Source of the DNA: Psammoneis japonica
Taxonomy: Eukaryota
Assembly (NCBI GenBank): GCA_008632985.1
Contig: QPGO01000048.1
Location: forward strand, 186,001 to 250,000
DNA: 64,000 nucleotides
Reading direction: 5' to 3'
Part shown: piece by piece, positions 35,855 to 48,609 of the stretch
Layout: the number at the start of each line of letters is the position of its first letter
How positions within the stretch are numbered: the stretch's first letter is position 1
The notes under the pieces: generated by a model
Seen by the model: the letters and a program-made list of their open reading frames with translations, nothing else
The model's database searches: none
What the model was told of the DNA's origin: nothing
Translations under genes and position numbers: made by a program

Positions 35855-36395
35855 GCCAAAGGTGTCTTACACGGCCTTTTAACCAAGAAGAAGGACCCTG
35901 AAGCGTTGTACTCACTCTCTACTCTAGAGACAGTAGACAGAGAGGCTACCTACACGGTATTTCCTCGAGATGTGAAAGCTGCGCGTACTCTGTAGGAATG
36001 TACTGATGGCGTACGTAAAGTCAAAAGGCATGATGTCTTCAGATGGCACGGAATCATCGCACCGCAAAAGACGATGACGGTGGTAATCAGTGCGGAAACC
36101 CGTTGACGAAAGTCTTCGACATGAAGCGAACATGGACGAAAGTCGAACAGCCGCGTGCCTTTCCAATGTGAGAGGCGTAACCTACCGGCAGAGCGTAGAG
36201 GCCCGCCTGATAGAAACAAACTTTGTCACACAATTCAGTACGCATAAGAAATCAGGTCAATGCTATCATGTTATTCGCCTTATCGAATCATGAAGAAACA
36301 CTATTCTACGATCCGTAAGTCGTCTAGACAATATTTCACCAACCAAACGATGATTGGGATTTTAGATTCATCCATTTCTCGATCCAAAAGCAGTA

Positions 36396-37148
36396 CTAAG
36401 GTTTTTCAATTCTTTTTCCATACTCATCCATGTAAACCCACTCGCCGGTTTTCTCGTCAACAAATTCCGTCCATTCAGGGTTCTGTGGAATCAAACCTTC
36501 GTACAATGCAGGGTCGTTGTCAACCCATTGCTCCTTTCCCACGATATCCGTGATAGTTTCACCCTGCTTCGAAAGCACGTCCTCCACCTCGGCACCTGGG
36601 CTGAGATCCAAATGCTCTACCTCAACGATAAGCGGAGGCTCCTCGAACTGATGCAGTGGTGGAGGCGAGGTCAGGGTCCATTCCAGCGAGTCGGTGACTA
36701 GCGGAACGACAACATTCTCGCCCTCATTCAACTTGACCGATGAGAACGACCGGGCAGCGACCACCTTTGGGGCTGTAAGAGGAGAGGTAAAAAGACAAAT
36801 CTAACTGGGTCAGCTTGGCATAATCACTATTCGACACATTAGAATTCAATCAAAACAAAACATATAAACAAAACCGACAATATACAGTCATCGGAGCGAC
36901 CTACACCTCGTCAAAAAGACAAACATACCGCACTCTCCTCATCGTTTGAATGGCTAGGTAGTACAAAACTCCGTAGAAATGTACGAGAGCGACTGATGAG
37001 TTGGGTATGCACAGTCGCAGTCGATTTCTGTGTCGCTGGCGAGATTAGAGAGGCACACAACGAGACTCGATAACAAAGGTGACTTACCTACTGAAGTCAC
37101 CCGACGGGCCACGGGAGCGGCACAGCGAACAGCGGCAGAAATCATCAT
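36396..37148 (-). CDS. Nucleus-encoded C-terminal fragment of cytochrome c oxidase subunit 1 (Cox1-c) with mitochondrial presequence; intron 37087-36773
   Basis: MMISAAVRCAAPVARRVTSV|APKVVAARSFSS presequence followed by SLEWTLTSPPPLHQFEEPP, the conserved Cox1 C-terminal motif. Confidence 0.82.
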
Positions 37149-37602
37149 GGTGCCGATGCGAAGACCCGAAGTGGATGACGAATACAAGCGCCTTCTACGT
37201 ACGCGTTAGTACTTCCGCACGTAGCTCGCTCTCGCAAGCTTCGTCAGTAAATTGCAACCGCATGTACCGTATGTACAATTGTACCAGAGCGCGTCGGTAG
37301 GACATCTTCAGCCCACCGAATACAAAACACAAAGCTTTTTCCTTAGTCGATTGAAAAATATCTTTACCAATTCCTTATTCGATACAAGTAGTTCGAATCT
37401 CATAATCATCCTTCAGCAGCAACCTTGAACCTGCCTCGACCTCCGACCTCGCGTCTCACAACAAACAACAACATCATGTTGGTGATCGTACTGTAAGGAC
37501 AAGTTTATTGTGATGCTGTGTGTCTCTTGCTTTTGAATTGTCTATTCGATCTACTTTTTAAGAGGTTCTAGTTCAGCCATAGTGGTGTAATTTCGACGAA
37601 TA

Positions 37603-40600
37603 ATGTCGCAAGCTGAAGGAAGAGGTGGGCCCGCGACGGCTTCGAATCAGCCCGCAGCAGCGACACCAGTCGTTCCTGCAGCTACCCAACCGGAAGACTC
37701 TGCTGTGAAAACTGGTCAACCGACACCTAGCCTAATGACTGAGCCGTCCGATGAAGCGGTCATGAGCTACCTCAAAAAACGAGGCATGGGAAATGCCATG
37801 CTGGAACTGAGTCAAATCGTAAAGGACCGTCGGCAGAACCAAGCATCTCCCTCTCGCAGGGCGCAGCTCGAAATGGATGAAACGATTGCTCGGAATCAGC
37901 GCATGCTTCTGTCCCAAGCTACAGGAGGTGGCTTTGGTTATGACTTGGATGGATTGCCCTCTGTTGCTCAATGGGGAGTTCCAGATATACTTGCAGACGG
38001 CGGTGCCGAGCAGACCAAGGACTGAGTCTGGCGGAACGACTGGGCAGAGACGAAGCAAGGTCCTATGTGGATAGCTTTACTGCACTTCAGACGTGGGTGT
38101 TGTCTCTCCCAGAAGATCCTGCTGGAATGAATAAGACCCAGAACGTATTACAGAACAAGGACGGAAAGAAGGATCCCCTCGGCATTTCACTTGCTTCGCT
38201 CGCGCAGCGCGCTGCTTCCGGATCGCAGTGCCAGATGACGTTCTAGACAGCGCGAAGAAGTTAGATCGAGGATCCGTAGCACCGTGGATGCCGCCATCAG
38301 CAAAACCAGAACTCCTTGGAGTGGCTTTTGCTCTGCTTGTGCAAACGTATTGTGAGTTACTTGAGGTTCGCATGGAGCAAACGGCGAAACGTCTCTTGGA
38401 TGTATTCTCTCCTGTCTACGATTCACTCTACGAGGAAGAGATGGCCGACCTTAGAAAATGCAACTCCACGGACTTAATGATTCGTCTCAAATCCCATAAC
38501 TCTGACCACATTGATTCTTTGTCGAAACTGAAAGTAATCTCGCTTCAAATTGCCAGTTTCGAGGCAAAAATCGCCGAACTGAAGAAGGACCCGTCGGCGT
38601 CGAATCCTCAGCTAGCAGCAGCCAAACAACGAAAAGTGGCTGAATACGAGCGAAATGTTCAAATCCTAAAACAGAAACAAGAAGAAGCTTCCAAGCGGGC
38701 CGCAGCAGCAGCTGAAAAGACTCAGGAGTATCCATTTCTTCGGCGTGCGCGTGCCGTCAGGTGGCAGCTCACCCTCAGTGCCACGTCGTACGGAATGCTC
38801 GCTGCATTCTTGTCATCCCGGGAGTTATTACTTCCCATAAGTACTCTACTACAGACAAAATGTGAGATTCACGTGGAACGACGAGACCCGCTTCCATACA
38901 CTCCACCTTGTATTTTGGACGATATGGTGCCAGAAAAAGGCTTGGCCACGAAGGAAGTCCGGTGGGCAGCACCAATCCCCCCTGCAGCTAGGATGGCTGC
39001 TTCCGGAGAAGAGTTAGAAAAAGCTTCCATCCTAGGCGAATCTGCACGGTTACCGTTTCCACGGTATCATCTTGAAGAAGAGTACGACTCACAGGACGCT
39101 GCTGACGAGGCTAAGCGCAATGTGGAATTCAACAGATCTCTTCTTGTGAACGGGTTTCGCCGCTTGGAAGCAATTGAACGAAAACAAGAGTATGATGTTG
39201 GAATGCATCCATCAGTCGATGCGAGCGCCAAAAGTGAAGGACCGACCGTTGGGAATCCGCTGGAGCCTTCAGTTCTGTTGTCGACACTTTGCTCGTCATC
39301 TTCTCCTGGACCGTCCGTGGTGAACACGTCCAGTCGTTCAGGTGCCATGGCTTCGCTTTGGGAGGAATCTGGGGTTGGCTTATCATGTGCTAGATGTTGC
39401 CCTCCTGATGGACGTCGAGTAGCAGCGGGTTGCGACGATGGCGCCGTTAGAATCTGGTCGATCTACGATACGGTTGCAAAAGGAGAAAGCAATTCCGGCA
39501 ACGCATCTTCCTTCTCATCGTCAGATGTGTCAGAGACAGCAGCTGTGTTACTAGGTCATAAGAATGGATTCCCCGTTTTTGATGTTGAATGGAATCGTGA
39601 TGGACGCACCCTCTTAAGTGCTGGCGGGGACGGGTCAGTTAGACTCTGGGATACAATGGCTGTGGGTCCGTATGGTCGACTAGCCAAGGTGTCAGCAACT
39701 AGTGTCGCGGCTTCAAACACGCCCACGCCCGCCTCAAATGCAGACTCGAGTGGCACTATGGTAGTTCCAGGGGAAAGACCTGAGTCAGACGTGGAACGGA
39801 GCGGCGCAGCCTTGGCAGTTTACCGTGGTCATGCACCGTCATCCCCTGTATGGTCTGTTGCCTTTGCTCCCTCCGGTTTCTATTTCGCATCTGCCGGATC
39901 CGATGGGACCGCTCGTGTTTGGACAACGGATAGACCGGCACCAGTGCGAATCCTTGCCGGACATACCAGTCCAAGCGTCAACACAGTTACTTGGCACCCA
40001 AATTGCAACTATGTTCTGACCGGCAGCGACGACAAGACTGTTCGGATGTGGGATGTCCAGTCCGGTCAGTGCGTTCGACTCATGAGTGGATGTGCCAAAG
40101 GACTTAGCGTTGTTGCTGCTTGTCCATCCGGACGTTTCGTGGCCGGTGCTGATCACTCGGGTAGAATCAGCATCTGGGATCTGGGGAGTGGCAAGAAGGT
40201 AAACGAGCTAAATGCTTCAGGAGACTCTTTGGCGGGGTCAAAAAGAGGAGCTGGTGGCGAACCCAAGTGGAAATCTTCTCCTTGTATGATTCATGCTCTG
40301 AGCTACAGTGCCTGTGGGACGGCGCTTGCAGCTGGCGGCGACGATTGCGCGGTACGAATATGGGATGTTCGTGGGGTTGCATATAATATGGCGAACGAAG
40401 AGTATGCTGCTTCGCAAGGATGGGGCGAAGGTCCCACAGTGGCTACTTCCAGGCCAGTTTCGAATGCACCTGTGCTAGGTGATTCCAATCGTCCAGGAAC
40501 CAGACAGCCGAGCAAGACGTTCACAACACGCCATACTTTGATCATGGATCTACAGTTCACAAAGCGAAATTTGTTGCTTTCTGTCGGTAATTATGTTGCT

Positions 40601-40627
40601 CCGCTGCCAGTTCCTATCACTGACTGA
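37603..40627 (+). CDS. TAF5: TFIID subunit TAF5 (WD40); two single-base frameshifts
   Basis: LisH-like EAVMSYLKKRGM. WD40 repeats YRGH..PVWSVAFAPSGFYFASAG.DGTARVW, HPNCNYVLTGSDDKTVRMWDVQSGQCVR. C-terminal FTKRNLLL. Frame shifts near 38020 and 38225. Confidence 0.9.
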
Positions 40628-40899
40628 AGGCTAGCGCCTGTAATGGTAAGACTAAAGTAGTAATGGTACGATGAAGCATTCGGTCGCTCTCGAGAGAGGT
40701 ACGTACTCTCGCTCTACTGCACTCTCTTGAGTAGCCGGTGGAGCCCGCCAAAGACTACTCTAGCTAGCTAGTTAGGTTTCTGTGCGAGTTCCTACGCCGA
40801 GCGATCTTTGCAGAGAGAATGCAGCTGATGTCTCAATAGGACTTGAGAAGGAGGAGGGTATATGGATACGCATTCACAAGCGATCTGTTGTATTTCATG

Positions 40900-42310
40900 T
40901 TGCACATGATGGGTGCATGACTGAATCCGTGGACTGAATCCTTGGATCGTCCTCGCCTGGAACTGCACACGGCAGAATCGCATGATCTTGTTGAGACACA
41001 ACATGCACCAGTTGATTTGTTGACGGTTCCCCTTGCGTTGACGGGCGCCATGGAACGATGGACAACTGCCAAGCACGAGAATTATGACAGACATGGACAC
41101 ATTTGGTTTGTGTCTGTGTAGGACTTGGAACTTCACCTGCTGCATCAAACAAGCGATGACTCAGAACTTCACCCACTGCATCTTACAACTGACCCAATTC
41201 ACCATGTGACTCAGATTGGGACACAAAGAATGTCCGACTCTTGAGATCTCACTTGCCCATGCTTGCACAAAAACTCTCTTGCAGCACCAATGTTCTGGAT
41301 GTGAAACAATTTTGGCTTCCACAACAACATTGTCTCACACATTTTTCATGCAAAATGCAAGCCTGAGTTTGAAAGTGATTTGTTGATTCTTGAACTCTTG
41401 GCCACAAATGTTCTGATGACATCCACCAATGTTCCAACAACAATCTTGGCTTCTGAAATGGCATCAACTCATCTTCTTTCAAAATGTGAGCCTGAGTTGT
41501 GCTGGCTGGGGTGAGAGAGTGGTGCAACAAGCACTGAATTCCCTTTTCCACACAGCCACAACTTCCAAATGCGAGCCTGAATTTGGCCTTTGTGACGAAG
41601 GTCTTCAAAGAGTCGTGGATAATCTGGTGAAAGCTTGAAGCAGTTCTCACAAACAGACTTGGCTTTCAAGAAATGGGAGCTGTGGAAGATTGTGTGAAGC
41701 CTGTGTGGGGGGGTTGTGTGACACACCTTGCTCTGTTGCACCAAAGATGGCACAATGCAGGCTGGCAAAGGGGGGGGCTCATGGCACCAGCAGCAGTGCC
41801 AAGGGTTTCCCAGCCAAAGAGAAAGGGTTGTGAAAGAATTGAAAGCAAAGATTAAGAGGCATCCATCAAGAGAAAGTGTCAACATCAAGCACCAGACACA
41901 AAGAAATCTGCGGGCATGTGTGCCTCAAAGAGAAATTGCCTGTTTTGACCATGCTGTCTCTCCAGAAAGGCAAAGATGGTGTTGGCACCACCCACAATGT
42001 GCAAGATTGGGTGATGAAGGGAGCTCAGGCTGCATGAACAACAGCGGGGTGGTTTTGGTGAGGTCGGAGGGAGATTTGGAAGTGGAAGCGATTTAGCTCG
42101 TGTGTCATTCAAATCATGACATTGCCCCTCGTGCCGTGCCTTAGCGGCGCCGCACCTCGAAATCATTGGCCCATTCGGGCGACGCCAGGAAACCAGCAAC
42201 CGAGAAGCGAGCCCGCAACCGACCCACTGCCCACGGCACGTTGCGATTTGCGATGAAGAAGAGCATGAAGACGCAAGACAAGCATCACGCAAGAAGCGCA
42301 ACAGCACAGC
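40900..42310. repeat. TpA-depleted degenerate domain 3
   Basis: Few TA and excess TG/CA. CG scarce in 41200-42000 but retained at both edges. No credible ORF. Confidence 0.55.
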
Positions 42311-42350
42311 GATAGGTCATACTGTACTCTAGAGAGCAGACGCACTCACC

Positions 42351-43136
42351 ATGGCAACCAGCGGCATGTACAAGAAGCGCTTAGAGGGAGTGGAATCAAC
42401 TGATGAGCTCAAATCTCTCGTTAAGGAAGCTTCTGGCAAATCGATAGTTCGAGGAAACAACACGCAACAGACGGAGGCGACTTCGGCTGTTGTCAAGGCC
42501 ACCGCTATGCTACCGTGTGACGAAGCCTTGTCAGTCCTTGAACAATACTCCTCCAAGCAAAAGAATACCAAAACAGTGATCCCAATCTCAGTTGTAAGAG
42601 CCATGAGCGCGGTTTTTGCGTCCGACGAAAAACTTTCAGATCGGCTGGAAGAGTCGTTGTCCAACACGTCATTGGTGTTCACCCCACCGCCGCCAGCGCC
42701 AGAGCTATCCGCGGAACAACGGAAATTCAAGCGTCGTATCGAGCGACTGAAGCTCAGAGCGGAAGAAGGGCGGTATAAGAACTTGACGTCTAATCTCGGA
42801 AAGCCTGTCGAAGACGATGTTACAATGCGGTCCATGACATATGCCGCTTCAGTCGGTCTCAACATGATAATAGCTCCTTTATCTTTTGGCGTTTTCATGT
42901 TCTTTTTCGCCGGCAAAATGTTTTCGTGGATTGGCGGCGAAGATACAGAACCGGATCCCCACAAAACAGACATTGGAGCAATCATGGCGGGTGTGATATG
43001 CGGAGTCGGTATGTTGTTCATTGAAATGATTCTCTTTGTTATTCGCACTCATGAATTCGATGCTAGCCTCCGTAAGAAGAGCAAGAGAAAGTCTCCTAGC
43101 CCCTTTGGAAACACAAAACCGAAGCCCAAAGCTTAG
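42351..43136 (+). CDS. V-ATPase assembly factor VMA12/TMEM199-like
   Basis: RRIERLKLRAEEGRYKNLT followed by two TM helices (GLNMIIAPLSFGVFMFF; AGVICGVGMLFIEMILFVIR) and a basic tail. Confidence 0.78.
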   Translation: MATSGMYKKRLEGVESTDELKSLVKEASGKSIVRGNNTQQTEATSAVVKATAMLPCDEALSVLEQYSSKQKNTKTVIPISVVRAMSAVFASDEKLSDRLEESLSNTSLVFTPPPPAPELSAEQRKFKRRIERLKLRAEEGRYKNLTSNLGKPVEDDVTMRSMTYAASVGLNMIIAPLSFGVFMFFFAGKMFSWIGGEDTEPDPHKTDIGAIMAGVICGVGMLFIEMILFVIRTHEFDASLRKKSKRKSPSPFGNTKPKPKA

Positions 43137-43295
43137 ACGTAAACGGGGTTGCGTACTGTATGCACTCTGTGTGAATAAAACTGAATCCAACAAAGAGTGT
43201 GGTATGTCATGTAAAATCATACTCCTTACTTCGATAGCTCTTAGTGTCTTCAACTTGCATAGAGCAGTGCAAGAATAGACCATACTAAACACAGC

Positions 43296-45123
43296 TTACC
43301 CAATCTGACTAAATTCAACATCCGACTTGATAACCTCTTCTCCGCGTCGCATTGCTACTACGGTTGGTCGATACACAACAAAGTTAAACTCGTCGCTGAA
43401 AGCACCGGGATTCAGAGCGTCGCATTCCGCATAAGTTTCGTAGAACTGTTCGACCCGATCCCCTAGAATGACAGCATCTGGAAATGGATATAGACGGAGG
43501 GCATGGTCATACTGCCAATAAATGGGACACGATGACAGCGGTAGCGGGCACAAATGACTTTGATCCAAGATGGTCTTCACAGCGTGCTGCACAAACGCGT
43601 CACCATTGCCTGCATCACGCGGTTTCAAGATGCAATTTCGCCGTAGCTTATGAATTAGATTCTGACGAAAGAAAACAAGTTCCTTGGTGAAGTAACGGAT
43701 ACGACATGGGTTGGTGGTGAACAAGGCATTCTGCACCTTTGTGTGGATTGATCCTCGAAAGTAAGTCGGTATCGGTGGACGTGGAAGGATCTCTCCCGTC
43801 CCTGGATCGTTTGGACCTGGAACGAAGACAAAGCGTCCGTCATTGGCAAGACGAGGAAACTTGGAAATCAGGGTGGCAAGCTCGTCAAAGTATCCAATCA
43901 TGGTCTTGGTGCCGTCCCGAGCAGATGACATGGGCGTCGAAGAGAAGTTTCCCATAAAGACAAAGGCTGGAAGTGGATCTAGTTCATGGTATCCTTGAAA
44001 GAGTACTTCCAACTTTTCCATAACGCTGGGGTTGTCAAGATGGACGTCCGACAAAACCACAAACATCCCATCTGGACCATGTTTCAACTCTTGTTGACTC
44101 ATTTTTTCAATCTCAGACATGGAGGAGATGGATTGGAACAAATCACTGTTAAGTAGGCCAATAGCATCAATAGCCTCGGATCGCTTTTCGATGAGCGGGT
44201 TTCCCATTCGATGAACATGCAGAACCCCGTCCACCATTTCACCCTCCACTAACATGATGCAGTTCTCGGCAATGAATCCGTCCGTCAAGACTGACGTCTC
44301 GGAAAGGTCCATTGGTACCTGAGCTGTATGATCCTCGAGATAGTAACGCCCTTCTTCCACCTGGTGTTCCAGTCGGAATTCGGTACGTGAGGCGAGGCAC
44401 TGCAAAAACCGACTTTCCGTAGCACAAGAGAAATTGTGTGGTGGCCTTACCTGAACAATCATACCGAGCAAGAACTTGACGCCACTCACACCCAAAAGAC
44501 TTTCCAATGGAGTGATGGTATGGGTCACGCTTCTTCCGTCCCCAGATGCATGTCTCCCATCCGCTGTAACTAGTTTTGGGCAGAACAAGTCCTGTCTAAG
44601 AATTCGTTGCTGAATGAGCGAGTGTCGCTGTGCAAACATATCCGCCTAAATAGCAATAAAAAGAGGATCGTGAGGAAGCGTATCATACTTTGGAAGAAGA
44701 CTTTTATCGAAGAGCAACCCATTCACATACCTTGTCTGACGCTTCGCCAAACAGAGAACGGCGCTCCATATCCTTCGACACGAGTGTGAATTGCTTTCTG
44801 GTGTCGTCATAAGCAATCCGAGGCGTATCAAAGGCGTCAAGGAGCTGCAGTGCCTCATCTGCAACATCACTGTCACTACGACTCATCTCCGCCACGACAT
44901 CGGCCAACACCTTTTTGGTAACGAGAAACTGTTGACGAGACGACGCCAGCATTCGTTCGCGGATTTCGTCAACAATTGCTTCAAGCACTTGTTCGCCACG
45001 TTCTGGAGACTCGCGACTCAACACGTTCATCATTCCATCCAGAGCAGAGGCTTGAAGGGATAAACCCCTCAACTTGAAGGCTCGTGCAACCTTACGGCGG
45101 CTGTGATGAGACGACTCCGCCAT
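43296..45123 (-). CDS. POLE2: DNA polymerase epsilon subunit 2 (Dpb2), multi-exon
   Basis: AFKLRGLSL N-terminal domain; FVVLSDVHLD, FVFMGNF, FVFVPGPNDPG, TNPCRIRYFTKELVFFR, QSHLCPLP, YDHALRLYPFPD. Introns near 44645-44730 and 44362-44450. Confidence 0.95.
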
Positions 45124-45252
45124 GGTCTCTATCAAACTCATTTTCAATTTTGTGTTTGAGAGCACAGTTGCGTTGGGCTCTCGTGAGGGCAATAGCTGGC
45201 GGATTATCTCAACGGCAGATTCTGTACTGAATTCTACGTGGCTTTTGCCTCA

Positions 45253-45317
45253 TTTTTGGCGCGAACCGTTAAAGTGCGCGAAACAGCGCGAAATAGGAGA
45301 ACCCGGAAATTTCGCGA
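45253..45317. promoter_or_regulatory. Cluster of E2F-consensus sites in the POLE2/METTL16 divergent promoter
   Basis: TTTGGCGC at 45255-45262; GCGCGAAA (reverse complement TTTCGCGC) at 45276-45283 and 45286-45293; TTTCGCG at ~45310. Confidence 0.55.
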
Positions 45318-45595
45318 GCAGGTCGAAGCGCGCGGTCGAAGTCGAAACAAATTTTCAATTTTCGCATCTTGCTTCCTGGCGGGGGACGGGGGACGTCTCC
45401 ATCAAAACGTTGCTACAATCGATTGATTGGTTTGGTTGCTGTCAGACGTACTATTCATTATACTCTCTAGCAAGTTCAAGTCTCCCTCTTCCTAGCGAGA
45501 GAAGTTCTAAAGTCGAGGAAAAAGGATTCTCAATCAGGTTACACGCACGTCAGAATTCAAAGCAGCATACGGTACTTGGTCGAAGGAAGTACAGT

Positions 45596-47279
45596 ATGTC
45601 CGAAGCTGCTTCGAGCGTTTCGACTCAAAAGAATGGAGATCAAAGTTGTGATCGTTCAAGGAAGAGGAAGCGCCGACTCGATCCGTTTGATTTCCATGTT
45701 AGTTTTGAAGAGCTATCAACTCGATACCCCGACTTTGAGAAAGAGTATCGAAAGCTTTCCCGCGCACAGCAGTCTTCTGGCAAGTCTTTCTCTACTCTCG
45801 TTACACAGGATTTCAACATAGCCTTAACTCGAGCTTTGCTTCGTGACAACTTCGATTTGTCCATGACGAGGTTGCCTTCTGATCGACTGTGTCCTCCCGT
45901 GCCGAATCGTTATGCCTACGTACACTGGATTAAGGACAAACTGCTGCCGATGCTGCAACGTGATGATTATTTTCAAGAGGAAACATCACTTACACACTGT
46001 GGCATCGACATTGGTACAGGAGCTAGTTGTATTTATCCGCTTCTGTTTTGTGCGTCAGAGCCTGCAGAGTCCACGTCAACGACATGGAAGATCGTCGCCA
46101 CTGATGTCGACCCAGAATCAGTTAGTCATGCTCAGATGAACGTTGCTGCAAACAACTTGAGTGATTGCATTCATGTGGCTTTAGTAGAGCCAACAAATTC
46201 TACATCAAACAAAGGACCTGTTGCTCGATCCTTCGAGGTTGCAGCTAGCAGTGCCTTTTTGCAGTGTGCCGATGGTTCAAGCTCTCCAAGTACCTTTGAT
46301 TTCGTCATGACGAATCCGCCCTTTTATGACGACGAGCACAGCACGGAAAGGACTGATCCACGGGTAGGGGATGATAGGAGTCGAATTCCCATGTCTTCAA
46401 ATGAAGGCAGTTATCCTGGTGGGGAGGTTGGATTCGTCCTGGACATGCTGCGTGATAGCTTGGTCTTTCAACGCAAAGTTTCCTGGTACACCGCAATGTT
46501 TGGAAAGAAGGCGTCATTTCTCAAGGTCAGAGAGTTGCTATTTCAGCTTCTGGGGACAAGCTGCGTTCAAGAAACAGAAGTTACTTCTGGCCAGATGACT
46601 AGATGGTTCCTTGCATGGACGTTCATGAGACCGCGGATAAGATCCCCAGGTAAGATGGTTGGCAGAGCATATCGACGAAATTTCATCCTCTCTCTTTCCA
46701 TATGTGCCTTCTCATCTTGAACAATTGCTGTCTTTTGTAGCTGCAAGAATTAAAAGTGCTTTACAACGATTCGAGGTCCATCTCGAAGCACCTACCGAGT
46801 CTGACGCTATCGCTGAAGTCGCTGAGCGCATACGGGTATATTGCGACTCGATGTCCCTTTTGAATGAAGTATGCAGTGTTACGTTGAATGTGAATTGTCC
46901 AGAAAAAGCTGTCGTCACGGTCTGCGAGAAAAATCCTCCGGCATACACGCTGAATTTAGATGATATAGAGACTGCAAAACCAATACCTCAACGAGTGTCC
47001 CGAGGTATGTGCCAAACTTGGAACGTTCATGACTTCCTTCCCATAGAAGGCCACTTTGTGGTGGACTTTGCAATCTGTTCCTCCAACACTAGAAATTTAG
47101 GCTCGGCAAAGTCAACTGACGGAAACAAGGGAGCCACAGTTTCTGTCAGCCTCGATTGTTACCGTCACTCGGTCCGAGGAGGCAGGTTTGTTGAAAAAAT
47201 CCGCCGGCTTGAAGGTGAGGTTTGCAGAACAAATCGAAAATGGCGCCGATTCCAGAAACAAAGAGGAAAGACGGGCTGA
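45596..47279 (+). CDS. METTL16: RNA N6-adenosine methyltransferase METTL16/RlmF family; intron ~46650-46740
   Basis: RLCPPVPNRYAY, GIDIGTGASCIYPLL, FVMTNPPFY, GGEVGFV, WYTAMFGKK, TRWFLAWTF. C-terminal RTNRKWRR. Confidence 0.9.
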
Positions 47280-47355
47280 TGATATCTAGCAAAACCAAAG
47301 AGTAATGTATCAAACTTCAGAAAGGATAAGTCAAACATGCACTAGCTAGACGGTG

Positions 47356-48609
47356 TCATTGATTAGCCGGTAAGGGATGATATAGCTTCCGAATGTCCTT
47401 AACAAATTGCTTTGCGCCCTTAACGCCGACTTTTGACGCCAGGACGATGGGGACAGATGGCGAATGAACGTGCGTTACCGCTGTTAAGAGGCTTGCATCG
47501 GGATCGCCATTGGGTGCGGGTTGAATTAAGTTAACCCCCAGCAAAATCTCGTTGCGAGTCAAAGATTCTTCTGCTTCGGTTGGTCCGCCCCACGTATCTC
47601 CTCCGACCGCCCTACTCACAACTAGATATCCACCACCCTCAACCCCATCGTCCAGGCGAAGGGGGCGAGCATGCATCATCGTCACGAATTCCATTTTCTG
47701 TTTGGTAAGAGGGGGCTTGGTAAGGTTTCGTACAATCTTGGTCTCGCCGTCCCCAAAGTCCCCTCCAGTTGAATCCAACCCCTCTTGCATGACGTGGATG
47801 TCTGTGCGACCTAGGCTCATGTGGTTGTACTTTTGAACACGTGACGAATCCATCAAGAGTTCTGCTAGCTCTTGTGGTGATAGTGGAAGGATAGAGCGTG
47901 TCTTTACTACCGGGAGCTGAGAACCATACCCCTCTTTATGAAATTTTCCCAGATATGCCAGTATTTCTCCATTGTCCAGTGCTTCTGCTTTATCCATTTC
48001 ACTCCCCACGGACGCAGTGCGCTTGTCAGCTGGTTCCCAGTCAACCCACTGGTTATTCGAATGCTCCATAGCAACATCTACACAAGTCGAGGAGAACAAG
48101 TTGAGCGCTTGGGGTTCGTCGAACTCACGTCCTGTCAATTGATTCCAAACATCGGTAGGTATCAACGGCTTTGCAATGCCCTCCAAGAGTTCATTTGGTG
48201 GTATTTTTCCTATGGTTTCCGCTGAGTCAGTCTGTGGTGATGTAGGCGAAGAGAGAAATGATGAGTCTGAGGCTTGTGTTTTTGCTTGTCTGCGAAAAGA
48301 TCGCAGGGTATACATTTGCTTGCTTGCCCTGGTAGTGCCTAGCCGCCCTGATATTGTGAGTTCCTCCACTGGTGAAGCCCAACTAGATATGTCAAGATCA
48401 TCATTAGTGGTCTCTGCCGGCTTCCCTTCGTCTTCTGGAATAATTTTCACTGTCAGATCATTTGCTAGATCGAGAGAAACTCGTGCGAAAGTGACATGAT
48501 CTCTAGAACCATCCATTCCAGAGCTGCGACTTGGCGAAACAGTCCAAAGAGCACTCCCTGTACGACAAAAGAAGATAAATGGTATGCACTTGAACTGCGG
48601 TCGCATCAT
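47356..48609 (-). CDS. START/SRPBCC-like lipid-binding domain protein
   Basis: LSPQELAELLMDSSRVQKYN, TKIVRNLTKPP, EFVTMMHAR, GYLVVSRAV, NEILLGVNLI, LTAVTHVHSP pattern. Start taken at MMRPQF. Confidence 0.68.
   Translation of the reverse strand: MMRPQFKCIPFIFFCRTGSALWTVSPSRSSGMDGSRDHVTFARVSLDLANDLTVKIIPEDEGKPAETTNDDLDISSWASPVEELTISGRLGTTRASKQMYTLRSFRRQAKTQASDSSFLSSPTSPQTDSAETIGKIPPNELLEGIAKPLIPTDVWNQLTGREFDEPQALNLFSSTCVDVAMEHSNNQWVDWEPADKRTASVGSEMDKAEALDNGEILAYLGKFHKEGYGSQLPVVKTRSILPLSPQELAELLMDSSRVQKYNHMSLGRTDIHVMQEGLDSTGGDFGDGETKIVRNLTKPPLTKQKMEFVTMMHARPLRLDDGVEGGGYLVVSRAVGGDTWGGPTEAEESLTRNEILLGVNLIQPAPNGDPDASLLTAVTHVHSPSVPIVLASKVGVKGAKQFVKDIRKLYHPLPANQ

Noticed and set aside
36929..36953. 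Possible 25-nt cassette exon (AG...GTATGT) in the Cox1-c intron
   Set aside because: It would break the frame, is not required for the gene model and has no support beyond splice-like dinucleotides.
45122..45595. N-terminal extensions of long ORFs (METTL16 here; also 29037-29264 and 48610-48981)
   Set aside because: They begin at unsupported upstream or non-ATG starts and run through promoter sequence. The downstream ATG was used instead.
11784..47279. Apparent clustering of splicing (U2SURP, SF3B2, METTL16) and DNA repair/replication genes (MutS2, ZSWIM7-like, POLE2) as the mutator machinery
   Set aside because: These are ordinary housekeeping genes interspersed with unrelated ones. Nothing links them to the TpA signature.
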